NCBI GenBank assembly: GCA_965644265.1
Contig: OZ286461.1
Span: 42,098,001 to 42,162,000 of the forward strand
DNA length: 64,000 bases
DNA from: Glycera tridactyla
Taxonomy: Eukaryota
Direction: 5' to 3'
Shown: positions 50,956 to 63,295 of the stretch, piece by piece
Position numbering within the stretch: the stretch's first letter is position 1
Layout: each line of letters starts with the position of its first letter
Notes under the pieces: generated by a model
The model's input: only the letters and a program-made list of their open reading frames with translations
Database searches by the model: none
What the model was told of the DNA's origin: nothing
Translations under genes and position numbers: made by a program

Positions 50956-53900
50956 TGCTGGGGAGGGATCTTCTTCTAGCCAATTTGTGGTCACTTACTA
51001 TAGCGCTACCACTGATCACTCTGCTTTATGAACCACTTTTTCATAATGTAGCAGGAATTCAATATGGTTTCAAGGGTTTCAAAACTTAATTTCGAGTCGA
51101 TGTACCGATAGCAGACTCATTCCCGCTGTTCATACAGTCTCTTGTGATTGTTCCGGTGTCCTTTTTGGTACATAATCAAATTCTCAGAATTGAGTCCAGT
51201 GACTAGTGAAGCACTCATGGTCCGGATTATGAAAGCAATAACGAGTATAATCATCTGCCAAAAAACAGATATTTTGTCGCCATGTGTTTGCATGATTATT
51301 GAGAATGTTCCACAATGCCTCCATATGATGGACCCATATATGTTGAGAGGGACAAGTTTTGTTAGTGATTGGAGGATAGGGGTTCTTTCAAGAGCGTGTC
51401 TGACTAATGGATAGCTATATTAGGACATATTGACCCCTTGGGTAAAAGAAGCAATCTGTCATCGGAGTATATATAGAGTCCATTCCTTCGTTGACATGTC
51501 ACAATATCGTGAAAGAGAGGTCGGTCGGGTAGGAACTCTCGTATATGATATCTAAAAATGTACTCGGGGTTTCAACTAGATCGAAATTTTGTCATACAGC
51601 TTACATTTGCCACTGAAATGGCCTTTCACTTCCATGACATTCTGCTGCCAAATAGTGTAATATGAGAATTTTACAACACTGTTTTTTCACCAAAGAAGAC
51701 ATTCCTGTGATAGGGATGTCAAGTTCTCTTAACCATACTGAAGAATATAGCAACTCATGTCATCTGAAACAATATATGTCATAGCCAGTGAGTGGAAGAG
51801 AAAGAGCAAGAAAAAATTCATTGCATGAATCCTAACGAATACCTTAGGTAGTCAAAAAACATAGCCTCACCCTCCGTGATTCAGGGAAGAAGAGTTACTA
51901 TCCTTTTAAAATATGCACAAACTCCATCTTGATGGAATCAAGGGGGCACGGAAGCGCTATAAAGGAGAGTCCTGTCGATGATGGTCATGCTTCACATTGA
52001 CGTATTATCCAGCTGCCAGAAATATGGATCTAGACGCCAGTAAGTAAATTAGAGGTCATTCAGTGTTAAGCTTGGGGAGTTTATGGGCCAGAGAAGGCGT
52101 TGGTTGTGGCTGAAGAAAGGTCATTGGGTTAATACGCTTCTGATTGATTTTGTCTACACTAATCCATCTTTTTCTGGCCGTACATAATGACTTGATGGAA
52201 GAAGGCACATTCCTCACACGGCGGGCAGCCTGAGGGTAATGCATGTAAACATCTGCACTTCGGGGTGTCAATGTATGCCATCCCTGTCATTTATTTATTT
52301 CTACACGCAGACAAAGATTCAGCTTGATTGTGTGGGTCGATTCATAATTCAGCACAATAAACTGCACTCAAGAAACTAAACCGAGACCAAGCAGACCTGT
52401 GAGATGGAGGGGGTGAGGGAGACATAGGGCAGTGGCGCGAGTGAGGGAGTGGGGAGAAGGGAGATGGGAGAAAGAGATAGAAAGGACGACGTACCCGTTC
52501 TTTCACTAGATTGAACTGCACAGTATACCCACAATCAGTCATACCATGTTCCGATTAATCAATGGATTTTGAGGAAAGACGAGAGTGCCTGATCAGGACA
52601 TGTCCACACATAGGACGGGTGAAATAAATCAAGAAATGTTCTGGCGAGAAATGTTCTTTTGAGGCTATATTGAGACGCTCATGCAATGAGCATGGTGAAA
52701 TCATTCAAGACTTCTCCCCCTGGATCTACTTCGGGAGATCAACATTCATGAGATTCAGACATGGAAGGTGTCATTTCTGATGATGTGGAGATTCCTCAGT
52801 ACCGCCTCTCTGTAACTTAGGCACTCGACAATGAATGCAAAGTTAGAGGTGAATCACAACGTATAAAGGGATACTCCCTATGTGAAGACTCGTGATCTGT
52901 CACGAATAAATTTGAAATGTTGATTTGAACTACTACTGTTTATTTGATGCAACTTGCTTGGGTCTTTGACTCCTGCCAAGTGATCATTATGATTCACGCT
53001 ATTTGTCTGTAATCGAGGTGGCTGACCAAACATCTGACATCCTTCTTCTTCTTCATCTTCTTCTCCCTTTTCTTCTTCTTCCTTTTAATTTTCGAGAAGA
53101 CTACCTCTTCGACGACCTCTTCGAGACACCGCTATCAAGGATTAGATTTTGCCATAGGACAATACAAGCACTCCCTGATTCACTCTGAAATGAAATAATC
53201 TGTACGATACTTCTGTAGCACGATTCTCTGCTGTTTTCACAATGAAATAACCATGAAGAGAGTCAAGGATCAAACATCTGTACCTATTGGTCATCATACC
53301 TAGTGGCAAAGGCCGCAGATTTCTATATTCCAATGAGTCAGACATCATATCTTGTGCAAGGAGACGGCAGAATTTCATATCTGAATGAATTAATATCAGA
53401 TCACTTGTCGAATAAAGGCAGAAACCAATATCTGAATGAGAAAATATCACATCTTTTCAGGATTTCACGAATGACTTAGCAGGCCAACCCATCACCAAAT
53501 TCGCATCCGAAGCCATCTTTTGAAATACGCAACTCGCCATCAGTTCACCTCAACAGTCGGTAGTAATTATATGAGCTCAAACAAGTAGCAAGCATATACA
53601 TGCTTGGCAGATATATATGCGTCCACAAGTCTATGCTTTATGTCGAGTAAACATTCAAAGTGTTCGCTAAGACTACGTGTTTGCATTGAACTCCCTTTCA
53701 AGTGTTCCAGAGACCACTAGTCTGAAAAGTTTGACATCTGTGAGGAGGGCAGACAGATGGCAGACGGATTTTACCATATCCGAATGACTAGAATTCCCAA
53801 TCAATTACATTGAGGAATCCTTGTTTATATCTTATATACCACGATTCGCGCAAGTATGCCTTGAATGTAAGGGTGTTGAATATGACTCGTCGGGACCACT

Positions 53901-54486
53901 GGTACACACACCTACGTCACATTGCAAAGTCACGTGACTCCAAATTGTCTTTTCTACGGTGACACGTTCCATGCAGCATGATCGGCAGGCGGCTGAACTG
54001 ACTGTAAAATGATTCATGATCCATTCAATTTTTCATACAATGTCACGAATTTAGGGTCTACAACCAAAAAATAATACATTGTTAGATTTCGCACAATCTG
54101 CCCTGTTCAGCAAGACTGGTTTCAGATTACTAGCTCATTTCTAGTGGAATTCTGCCTATTTGTTCATGTTTGTTATTCATTGTAACTCGCATATGTTTCA
54201 GACAAGGGGTTCATGATGGGATAAATGTGATCAACAAATGGACTGGATTCCACTCCGATATGCTGAGTGCCTTCAATTACCATGATGAATCGCGGTATAT
54301 AAGCAAGAAACCATGGGGTGTGGTCCACTCGTGGTGTATAACTCGTCAGGACCACATCCCATGATTTCTTTCTATAGTATCTCTATTCACGGTGTCAATA
54401 TAATATTATGCGAACCAGCAAAGGTATGAATCACCGATCACGTTTTCAATTTTCTCCCATCTTGAAGAGATCGATTTCTGTTTCAG

Positions 54487-54637
54487 GTACAACATCTTCG
54501 TGATGCTGGTCAACTATTTCGTGCCATTAACTATACTGACAGTAACGTATATGAGAGTGGGTATCGAGCTGTGGGGTAGCCAAACTATCGGGGAATACAC
54601 ACCACGACAAGACCAAAACATCAAATCTAAAAGAAAG
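54487..54637 (+). CDS. TkR99D-like: Tachykinin receptor, next exon: TM5 and ICL3
   Basis: The acceptor is tgtttcag| at 54486 and the donor is AAG|gtaaga at 54638. It splices in frame to the previous exon (gg+g=Gly). The translation YNIFVMLVNYFVPLTILTVTYMRVGIELWGSQTIGEYTPRQDQNIKSKRK closely matches the insect TkR99D signature as I recall it (TVTYxRVGIELWGSxTIGExTPRQ..N.xSKR). It is 151 nt and is missing from the ORF track. Confidence 0.95.
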
Positions 54638-56404
54638 GTAAGACGGACATAATTCTTCTTTCAAGTTGATCGAGAAGACGGTGTAGTCAGCTCTCGATGT
54701 GATGTCGACTTTCTGATTCTTCACCCTTCCTCCCAACATTTGAGATGTATGCGATCGTATGCAATCACTGCCAGGAAATATTCAATTTTGAGTGCCAACT
54801 TCAGCAGAATCAGTCGTCTCGAACTTCCATATCAATACGAAAAAGCTGGTGAGGTGTATGAATTTCCAGAACTGATGTTTGATGTCGCGCTGGTTATTTC
54901 TACTATCGTTCCAATTGAGAATTGGCTTGCTTCTATCTTGAAATTCGGAGTAGAATCCTCAAACACTGATGCTACATTGGCATTCACATACTGAATCGAC
55001 GGGTTCCATAATAATTGTCAATATTTTGATATCAGGTTTGATCAAGGATTTCAAATGTAAGAAGTCGTGCCACATACATGTAGTATTCCCCATTATCAGC
55101 ATAAAGGCCAAACAGTATATTCTAGCAAAGCTCTGTAGAGTGTCTAGTTGCTAATCATTGCTGTTTCACTAGTGGATACATAAGCTTGCTGTGTGCTGAC
55201 AATCGATGGAGGTCCACCTCGGGTGGGATGGTAAACTGAAAAGCTATTGGTTTTTTTTACTTCTGGTGAGCACCATGTGAGCCCCATTGAGAACCCCTTG
55301 GGTGGAATCATACATGGTACCTACTTCAGGGCTTCCAACGCAAGGTAAAAACTCGTAGCCATCACCTGACCCTCGACTCTTCGCCAGAGAAGCGATAATG
55401 GTGTGCTCGGCCATGTTGTATGAAGTCCTAGCTGCTATACTTTAAAACACGCATGTGGAACACTAATTCAAGGTTTGGTTGCCTGAAAGACTTTAAACGA
55501 GCGTCCCTAGTTGATCTGAATGGCAAACTTGTACAAGGTTCACTGACATTCGTGGTGACTTGGGACTGGAGCAGGTGCATTTATTGGCCATTGTATGAAC
55601 AACATAACTAACTACTAGGCACATTTGAACGAGCCCTGTGGTTTCTGAAACGCATCCTGCTCATTATCCCGCCTCAAAATAATCCGCTTAGGGAAATTGG
55701 GCTCCCAGAAAACGATTGCACACTTATAGGTAACCGAATGCACAGAATACCAAGAATGACCGAATGAGGACGACCCCAGCTTATAGAAATCCGACAGTGC
55801 CGTATCGTCCTTCAATTGCATGTATCGAACTGATTTCGCCACGTGCAGACAGTTGAGTGGGCATTTTTGACTTGAAGATGCGAATGGTGTAAGAGCCAAT
55901 CTCGTGCAAGACACCATGCGCTGATCGTGTTACAGTTTTAACGCCACCATGGGACGCTCATTAATTCATGTAAAAACCACCAGAATGCAGCTCAACAGAC
56001 AAAGAATGATGTTCACCCTGAGGAGTCCATTGTCACTTTCGTTGAGAATAATTGCTGAGAGCGATGGTTCCAGTGATAGGGGCAATGGGCCAGCAGTGGC
56101 AGCAGTCGATAACATGGAGGATGGTTGGTTAAAGTCATGCCCGGCATCCGTGTATTTACCGACTGACTGCGTTCGATGGAACTTATTTCAGGAGAAATGG
56201 TGTCCTATCTGAAATACTCCCATGTATGAAAGAGGGGTATCCCCATGGGGCGAGTGCTCTATTCTTCAGCCAATAGTGGTTTTTATGAAGAAAAATTGAT
56301 AAATACAACAAAATAGAGATATATATATTTCAATTTCTAAATTATTTCTCAATCCACCATTTGTACAAACTATGTTTCAGGACTGACAATTACTTCAGTC
56401 TCGT

Positions 56405-56460
56405 ACAATCCGGCCTCTGTTGAAGAGACGTTCAGCCCTACTCAATCAGTCAATTAATCC
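56405..56460 (+). mobile_element. Short 3' remnant of the same SINE-like family
   Basis: gaagagacgttcagccctactcaatcagtcaat matches the reverse complement of ~43336-43365. Confidence 0.45.
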
Positions 56461-58239
56461 ATGGGGTGTAGTTTCATACTCACAGTGCACCCCTCCCCAC
56501 GCATGATACATAACTGACAAAGGATGCTATTCAATCCAGGATAGATTCTCCGACCATACTACAGATATTACATCGAGAGATTTTTCCGTGGCCCATGAGT
56601 CACATCAGAGAATACCATTACAACCTTCATGCAATTATAGATTTCCACCATGGCGGAAACGTTTCGACCATGGTCTAAGTTCATTATCACCGTGGTGAAA
56701 ACTTTTCAATCATGATGGAAATTGATTACCATCACAGTGCAAACGTGTTAACCACGGTATTAATTACTTACCACCACGGTGGTGACATTATCACAGTGGT
56801 GGTAATATTTCCACCACCAAGATTTTACGGCGGCCCGTGAGTGCAATCAGAGAATATAATTTCAACCTGCATTGAATCACAAATTCCCACCACAATGGAG
56901 ACCCGTGATGGGAACATTTCCACCATGGTGGCAATTTTTCTATCACGGTGGAAACATTTCGAGGTGTGAATTATCAATTACCGCCCAATACACGTGTTTC
57001 AACCACGGTATAAATCATTACCAGCGTGGTGAAAGTGCAAACTTTATGACCATAGTGGAAATTAATTGACACCCCAGTGCAGATATTTTCACGGTGATGA
57101 TGATATTTTCGCAACGGTTGAAATATTTCCATCACGGTGCATATGTTTAGTGCGATGGAAGTTGTTAATATTTCGATGATGGTTTCAATAGTTTCAATAA
57201 GTTTATTAAAGTTATGAGAAAATACTTCCTCATTTCCACACCAAACATATGATACATCACATAAAGAACTATACGAAAATACCAAATACTCACATAATAC
57301 AAAATCATAGGCAATGAGTCAGTAATGGCTGCTAATTATTGTGTACAAAATGAATAAATAAACACTACATATTCTCCCTATTAATTAATTATATGGTAAG
57401 CAGGTGATAGAGATCTTGCAAATCACGCAAAAGCACAGTGTGGTTGCACAGCTGGTAGGTAACTGCATTCACCGAAGGCCAGTGGTCTTATACAAAAGCA
57501 TATGAGACATTACCTAAGTTGTCATTGGAAACAAAAGTTGTCTGCCTTGAGTCCTGCAGACGTCGCTTAAATGCTGATAAACTATCCGTATCTTTGATAA
57601 TGGGCCACCGTGATATTTAGTATTGAAATAACTTGCCACTGTTGGCATGCAACGGGAAGGTTCTATTCCGGACCGTAATCCTCTGAGCCTCTTACAATAT
57701 GGATGAGCCGAATTGTTGGCACTATCACTGCCATCATCGACGCTAAACCGTCTGATTGTCGTATATCTATGTGTATTTTTCAAGTGAAAACACTCATCCT
57801 CCTACATAATTCATGTATCTGTCGTGATCCAAATCACTGTGAATCAGCATAGAATACATATCCGTTTGTATTGGTCGATGGGAAAAGGGTGGAAATCTCC
57901 GCGAACCATTTCTAGTCTACTGAATCGAGCCACCAGTATATTTTCCCTATGTGCACTGCTTCCATGTACCCGGATATTCTGTGAATGATGAACTTGTGTG
58001 CATTGATATCTGGGGATGTCAATGTGGCTGGGAGCATCCTACAACATGGTAGGGAGAGGAAATCAGATCGATATCCCGAAATATAGTGTTTGAATATGAT
58101 ATTCGAAGTTGATATTCTATTACATTGATGAGTACTTCGTGATTTTGATGATATCACAGATCGGGATAGCATCAGTCCATGGCTGATCCTATTGTGCATC
58201 AAGATTTGATAAAACACAGTAGCAATTTCACCTGACAAG

Positions 58240-59230
58240 AAAACTATATTGTGTAAAGAAATGTCAAAAATTAAGAGACAGCCTTAAGTGAACATACATT
58301 GATGAAAAGATTTCCGACTCAGGAAATGATACTAAGAAACTGTGGAATGTCTTTCGATCACTCTGGCCGAAAGCAAATGTGGGGCAATTGAACACTTACG
58401 AATCGAAAACTGTGACAGTGACCTAGAAAAATCTGAATCCTTAAATAGATATTTCACTGAAGTAGGACCAAGACTAGCATCCACCATTCCCGACTCACGA
58501 CTTATAGAGCCAAAGGTCTCCTATGATTATGTACTACTATCCACTCAAACTGATAAGATATCTATCTAATGCGCCATCTCGAACATGAAAAGCAGTAATG
58601 CAAGAGCGGAGGACAGCAAACTATTAAAACTCTCATCACCAGGTATTAAGGATGTACTTATGACCTTAGTCAATGCCTCCATCAATCCTGGAGAAATCCC
58701 CGAAACTTGGAAACGCGGAGTCATCACACCGATTCCAATTACAAAGAAATCGTTTAAATTAGATGATTTCAGACCAATTTCGGTGTTATCATGTCTGGGG
58801 AAATTAGCAGAGAGAATTATACATGACTAATGTAAAATGTATCTGGACATGCATGGTATTGTGTCGAGGGCCAAGTCCGGGTTCAGGAAACATCACTCTT
58901 CCGACCTACACTGAACGTATCTATCAAGCCATGATTAATGGAAAAATGGCTGGGGTGGTGCCCCTGGACCTGGCCAAAGCCTTCGACACGGTCAATCACA
59001 CGTCACTTCTAAATGATCTAGCCACCCTCGGCTTTGATGAGAATGCCTTGTAATGGGCTACAAGTTATCAAAGATCACGACAACAAACCACCAGAGTAAA
59101 CGATGTGATGTCAAATTCAGTGAGGTCTGTTGCGGTGTGCCTCAAGGATCAATCCTTAGGCCACTATTTTTCACGCTCTACGTAAACTCACTACCCGACA
59201 GCCTCAAACAATGCCATGTGTCATTATAAA
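58240..59230 (+). pseudogene. Degraded L2/CR1-group RT fragment in the receptor intron after the TM5 exon
   Basis: Across frames it reads YIDEKISDSGNDTKKLWN, LNRYFTEVGPRLASTIP, WKRGVITPIP, FRPISVL, LDLAKAFDTVNH and GVPQGSIL..LFFTLYVNSLP, with multiple stops and frameshifts. It ends just before YADD. Confidence 0.9.
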
Positions 59231-60458
59231 AGCTTTTCGTAAATTAATCTATTGATTCAGGATTCCTATCCGAATAGGTGAATATGGGGAGTAACCTGCA
59301 TGTTGTTTTCTGCATAGGTATCATCATATAGTGGCTCTAGCCCAGATGATATAGGCATCCGTCCGTGGTTAGAACTGTAAATAAAATGATGTTATCTGTT
59401 ATCTGTTATCTGATGCGTGCTCGTTCGCTCGAGGCTTAGTAGAATATACTGCAGATGCATTGTTGATCATCCAACCAAAAACTGCCTTTCTGCTTTCCAA
59501 TGTATTGGGTGGTTGGTGATTGGGTCAGTTGGTTCGTTGGTTTGTTTGTTGATTGGTTTGCTTTGGTAAACGTCACGTCATTTCCAGAAGAAGTATATCA
59601 GGACGCACATCCGATGAGCAGGGACAATGGATCCTACTCCTTCTGGGTCCATGTTAGAAGGTGAAATTATATGGAAATCACGATCACTTTGGTACAGTTA
59701 CATCAGAATGCTTTATTGATTGCTTCAGTCTAGTCTGTCAAATGCCGTTCTGAGACAGGCACTATCGGGCACACGTTTGAATTTGACAGAGCTGATTTAT
59801 ATAATACATTTTCTGAGCTGGCACGCAGTGGTGTGACTTGAGCAATTAGAACAGTGAGGCAGATGTAAGACGAGATTAGTTGGTGTCACAGATGTGAGGC
59901 ATTCGAGGGCTTAGCCTGGCCATCAACTAATAAAGCGACAAGACTGCACTCGAGACGGTGGTCCAACGTCAGTGGTCTCAAGGGAAATTGACAACCGACA
60001 CACACGTCCATGGTACCACTAATTATTCTCACTTGCCGTTCTCACAGTTGCTTCCAAATCTGTGGTGGTCACATGAGACCTATTCTTTTATTGAGGCTCC
60101 GTCAGTTACGAAGTATTGGGCAGTGTTTTATTCTATTGATGTCTTAGAATGGCCTGATCTGGGTATGATTGAACAACCCAAAACCCCAGTCTGTCTCATG
60201 TTGCCGCAAAAGGAAACAAAGACAAATAAATGAAATTTCATCTTTGCCGAATCAAGCCAGTCTATGAGAGTACAATTATGGTTTAGTGAGATGTTTTATT
60301 TTCAGTGGAGCCAAAAGATAGACAGTAGGATGCAGATGCAACTTTTGACTTGAAGTGTCAGCTAGGCACATCGGTCAATTTTATGTGTAGGCCATGAAAG
60401 GGTCGCAACTTGAGGTGACAAGCTGAAATTCTAATCCATGGTGACCGTTGGATAAGAA

Positions 60459-62083
60459 CAGTGGTAGCACTAGGAATTTGTCAAGTGGGGTCCCGGGACC
60501 CCAGCCCATTGCCAAAATGGGGTCCCCGCTCAGATTTTGGGGTCCCATTACAAATGTGTGTTATAATAGCGTGTCATCCCGTGAGAATGAAATAGGTGAT
60601 TATCAAGACAAATCCTATGTGAATTATATTGTCCTTTTATTCATTTATTTCAACAGCTATAAACAAATAATCATTGTTTTTTTCAGAGAGTGAAAACATT
60701 CATGACAGTTCAAAAATATCGCTGAAAGTCGACTAGAACAGGAAGCTTTCTGGTAGTTCATTTTTTGGTGGACCACACAAGATTTCTACAGATCTATGTC
60801 TTTTTCCATGAGGTAGACATGATCAGTGCTGTTAGACATACAGGGCTTACCATGCTTTCTCTCATCAACAACTAATATAAAGATTGCCTCAAGTGCCTCA
60901 TTCTACCAAGCCACTGATCTCAGGGAGGACAACAGAAATGATGAATGACATTGACACAACGTACATGACATTGGCATATACTTTTGGGCATAACTGGTGC
61001 AAGTATCGGAATAGAAGCGGTTCACAGCTGCACTGATCTCTGTCTCTTGTTGGATGTGACTTGTTGTGTTTACTTGAGGGAACCTGAGAGCTTGTCAGGT
61101 GGAAGTTGCTGACAGTTCAGACACACCTCCAACTATCTGATATGAACATGGTGAACCTAATAATGTAGCCGGCTGGAAGCTGACACTCAAGCCTGGTGTT
61201 TCCCTTGGTGGTGTCTAGTTAATGGAGAATGCTGGAGGTCGTTGCATCCACTTGTGAAGACATTTTTTCTGGCCATGTACAGGGTGCATAACATACCACT
61301 GACTTCATCATACTGCAGCCAGAAAAATTCTTGAAGCCAACTTCTCATGAATGATCGCTGCTTCTTCAATTTTGGCAGTAGTTTAGGTGAAACAGAATCT
61401 GGGCCTGGAGAAGCCATGATTTCCAATGTACAGTCTATCCAACAAGAGATGAGACTGAGATTAGACATGGAATCAGGACTACTATATCCACCCATCATAT
61501 GGCATCTAGCAAATCAGGGTGCTGGGTCAACTCAATGGGTCAATATACCTGGTAGGTACTAAAACATGGGCTCTAGAAAGTGGTCAAGGGACAGATGATA
61601 TCCCTGCCAAAGTTCACACCATCTGAATCATATTCACCAAGTCCCTCTGATGTGTCATATTTCGTCTGGCTGTATAACAAATTGCTTCTTGGTCATGGGA
61701 ACTGATCTGAACAGTTGCTGTACATGTACAAGTGGGATTTGTAGTAGTAGGGGTGACGGGGATATGTGACACCAAGTTGCTTTGATGAGAGTCTCCTCCC
61801 CTCGGCTACATCAGAATATGAATGAACTGGGAAAATTCCGAATGCCGTTAGAATGAGTACTGCAACCTCCAACATCCCCCATCCTTCCTTCCAATGGCAG
61901 CCCAGACTACCCGTGTCCACCAACCGTCTGATAATGGGCCACCCTGCTGCTGCTTCTGGTTTACCCCCGTCCTCTCTGACTAGTGATAATTGCGTCCTAG
62001 GGACGCAAGCAGGATGTTATTTTTACGTTCCTGCCAATAAAATTGAGTAGGGACGCAAGTTTTTTGCGTTAACGCAATCACTG
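60459..62083 (-). mobile_element. Non-autonomous hAT-like DNA transposon with a TTF-zinc-finger remnant and an apparent 5-bp TSD
   Basis: The termini are CAGTG...CACTG (10/14 TIR match), flanked by aagaa at 60454-60458 and 62084-62088. ORF 61187-61498 contains RSFMRSWLQEFFWLQYDEVSGMLCTLY...FTSGCNDLQHSPLTRHH, resembling a decayed ZnF_TTF of hAT transposases. Confidence 0.6.
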
Positions 62084-63081
62084 AAGAATATACAGAACTA
62101 TGTTTGGTATGTGTATGTTTTGATCTTTTGCATCAATTTGTTGACTGAATGCAGCCCTGGCCACCATTGTGTCATTTAAAAAGAAGCTGGTGCCAAATTT
62201 GATGCAAACAGAAATGGGTCGGGAGTGAAGTGTAGTGTTTTGCCTTCGGCAGATTGTATAATTCATACTGGAGGGATTAGGTGTTGAGTGGCGGAGAAAG
62301 TTTTCGCTAAGACATTCTGTCATTGCCAGGTAATGNNNNNNNNNNNNNNNNNNNNNNNNNNNNNNNNNNNNNNNNNNNNNNNNNNNNNNNNNNNNNNNNN
62401 NNNNNNNNNNNNNNNNNNNNNNNNNNNNNNNNNNNNNNNNNNNNNNNNNNNNNNNNNNNNNNNNNNNNNNNNNNNNNNNNNNNNNNNNNNNNNNNNNNNN
62501 NNNNNNNNNNNNNTTATCCCTGGCATTAACATAAATCGTTGTTATCGTATTTGTTCATGCTGTTTGGTTGTGATCATCATTGCCTTGTCATCATCATTGC
62601 ATTTGTCGACGCTTCTTTAATGGACAACTTGCGTTTGAGCGAAATATATGGTTATGTGGGTTTATAAATGCCATAGCAAATCATATGTTACCACTAGCCG
62701 TGTGATAAAACATAAAGTGGATTTATGCAGCATGCTGATGCTGGTAAATGGCTATGCCCTCGGCAGAATGTATTCATGCCTTGGAAACCAGAAATGTCAA
62801 GCACATTAATTGCAATACCATGTTCGACATGCGACATCTCGATGGCCTGCAACTGAACGTCTGAAAAGGCGGCAAAAACTCACAAAATAAACCTCCTTTT
62901 TGTCTGTGAAACTTCTCCAGTGAGTATATATTATGGTTGCTTGGATGTCTCATGTCCCATGAGCACAATACTAAGACGCATATAGGATGAACAAGGGGGG
63001 TCATTCAAGATTTCCACTTCTGAGTCCCCAAAGGTGGGTGATAATTCATTAAATTCACAGACACCTATAGTGAAAATTTTT

Positions 63082-63295
63082 GGTAACGAAGACCTGTCAA
63101 CAGTGCTAATAAGTGTACTTCCTTGTGCGTTTAGTCTGGGATGTCTAATTATGGTAAGGAAGACCTGACAACAGTGCTAATAAGTGTACTTCCTTGTGCG
63201 TTTAGTCTGGGATGTCTAATTATGGTAAGGAAGACCTGTCAACAGTGCTAATAAGTGTACTTCCTTGTGCGTTTAGTCTGGGATGTCTAATGATG
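63082..63295. repeat. 71-bp tandem repeat, 3 copies
   Basis: gaagacctgtcaacagtgctaataagtg starts at 63088, 63159 and 63230, with near-identical units. Confidence 0.95.

Larger units (their letters stand above)
791..62513. other. Nine N-runs (assembly gaps or masking)
   Basis: The runs are at 791-1226, 3361-3794, 6752-7054, 24526-24685, 33694-33827, 39721-39868, 45358-45645, 45825-45989 and 62336-62513. Several abut microsatellites, and all X-rich ORFs in the track are artefacts of them. Confidence 0.98.

Noticed and set aside
656-62620. Long X-containing ORFs in the track
   Set aside because: They are artefacts of N-runs translated without stops.
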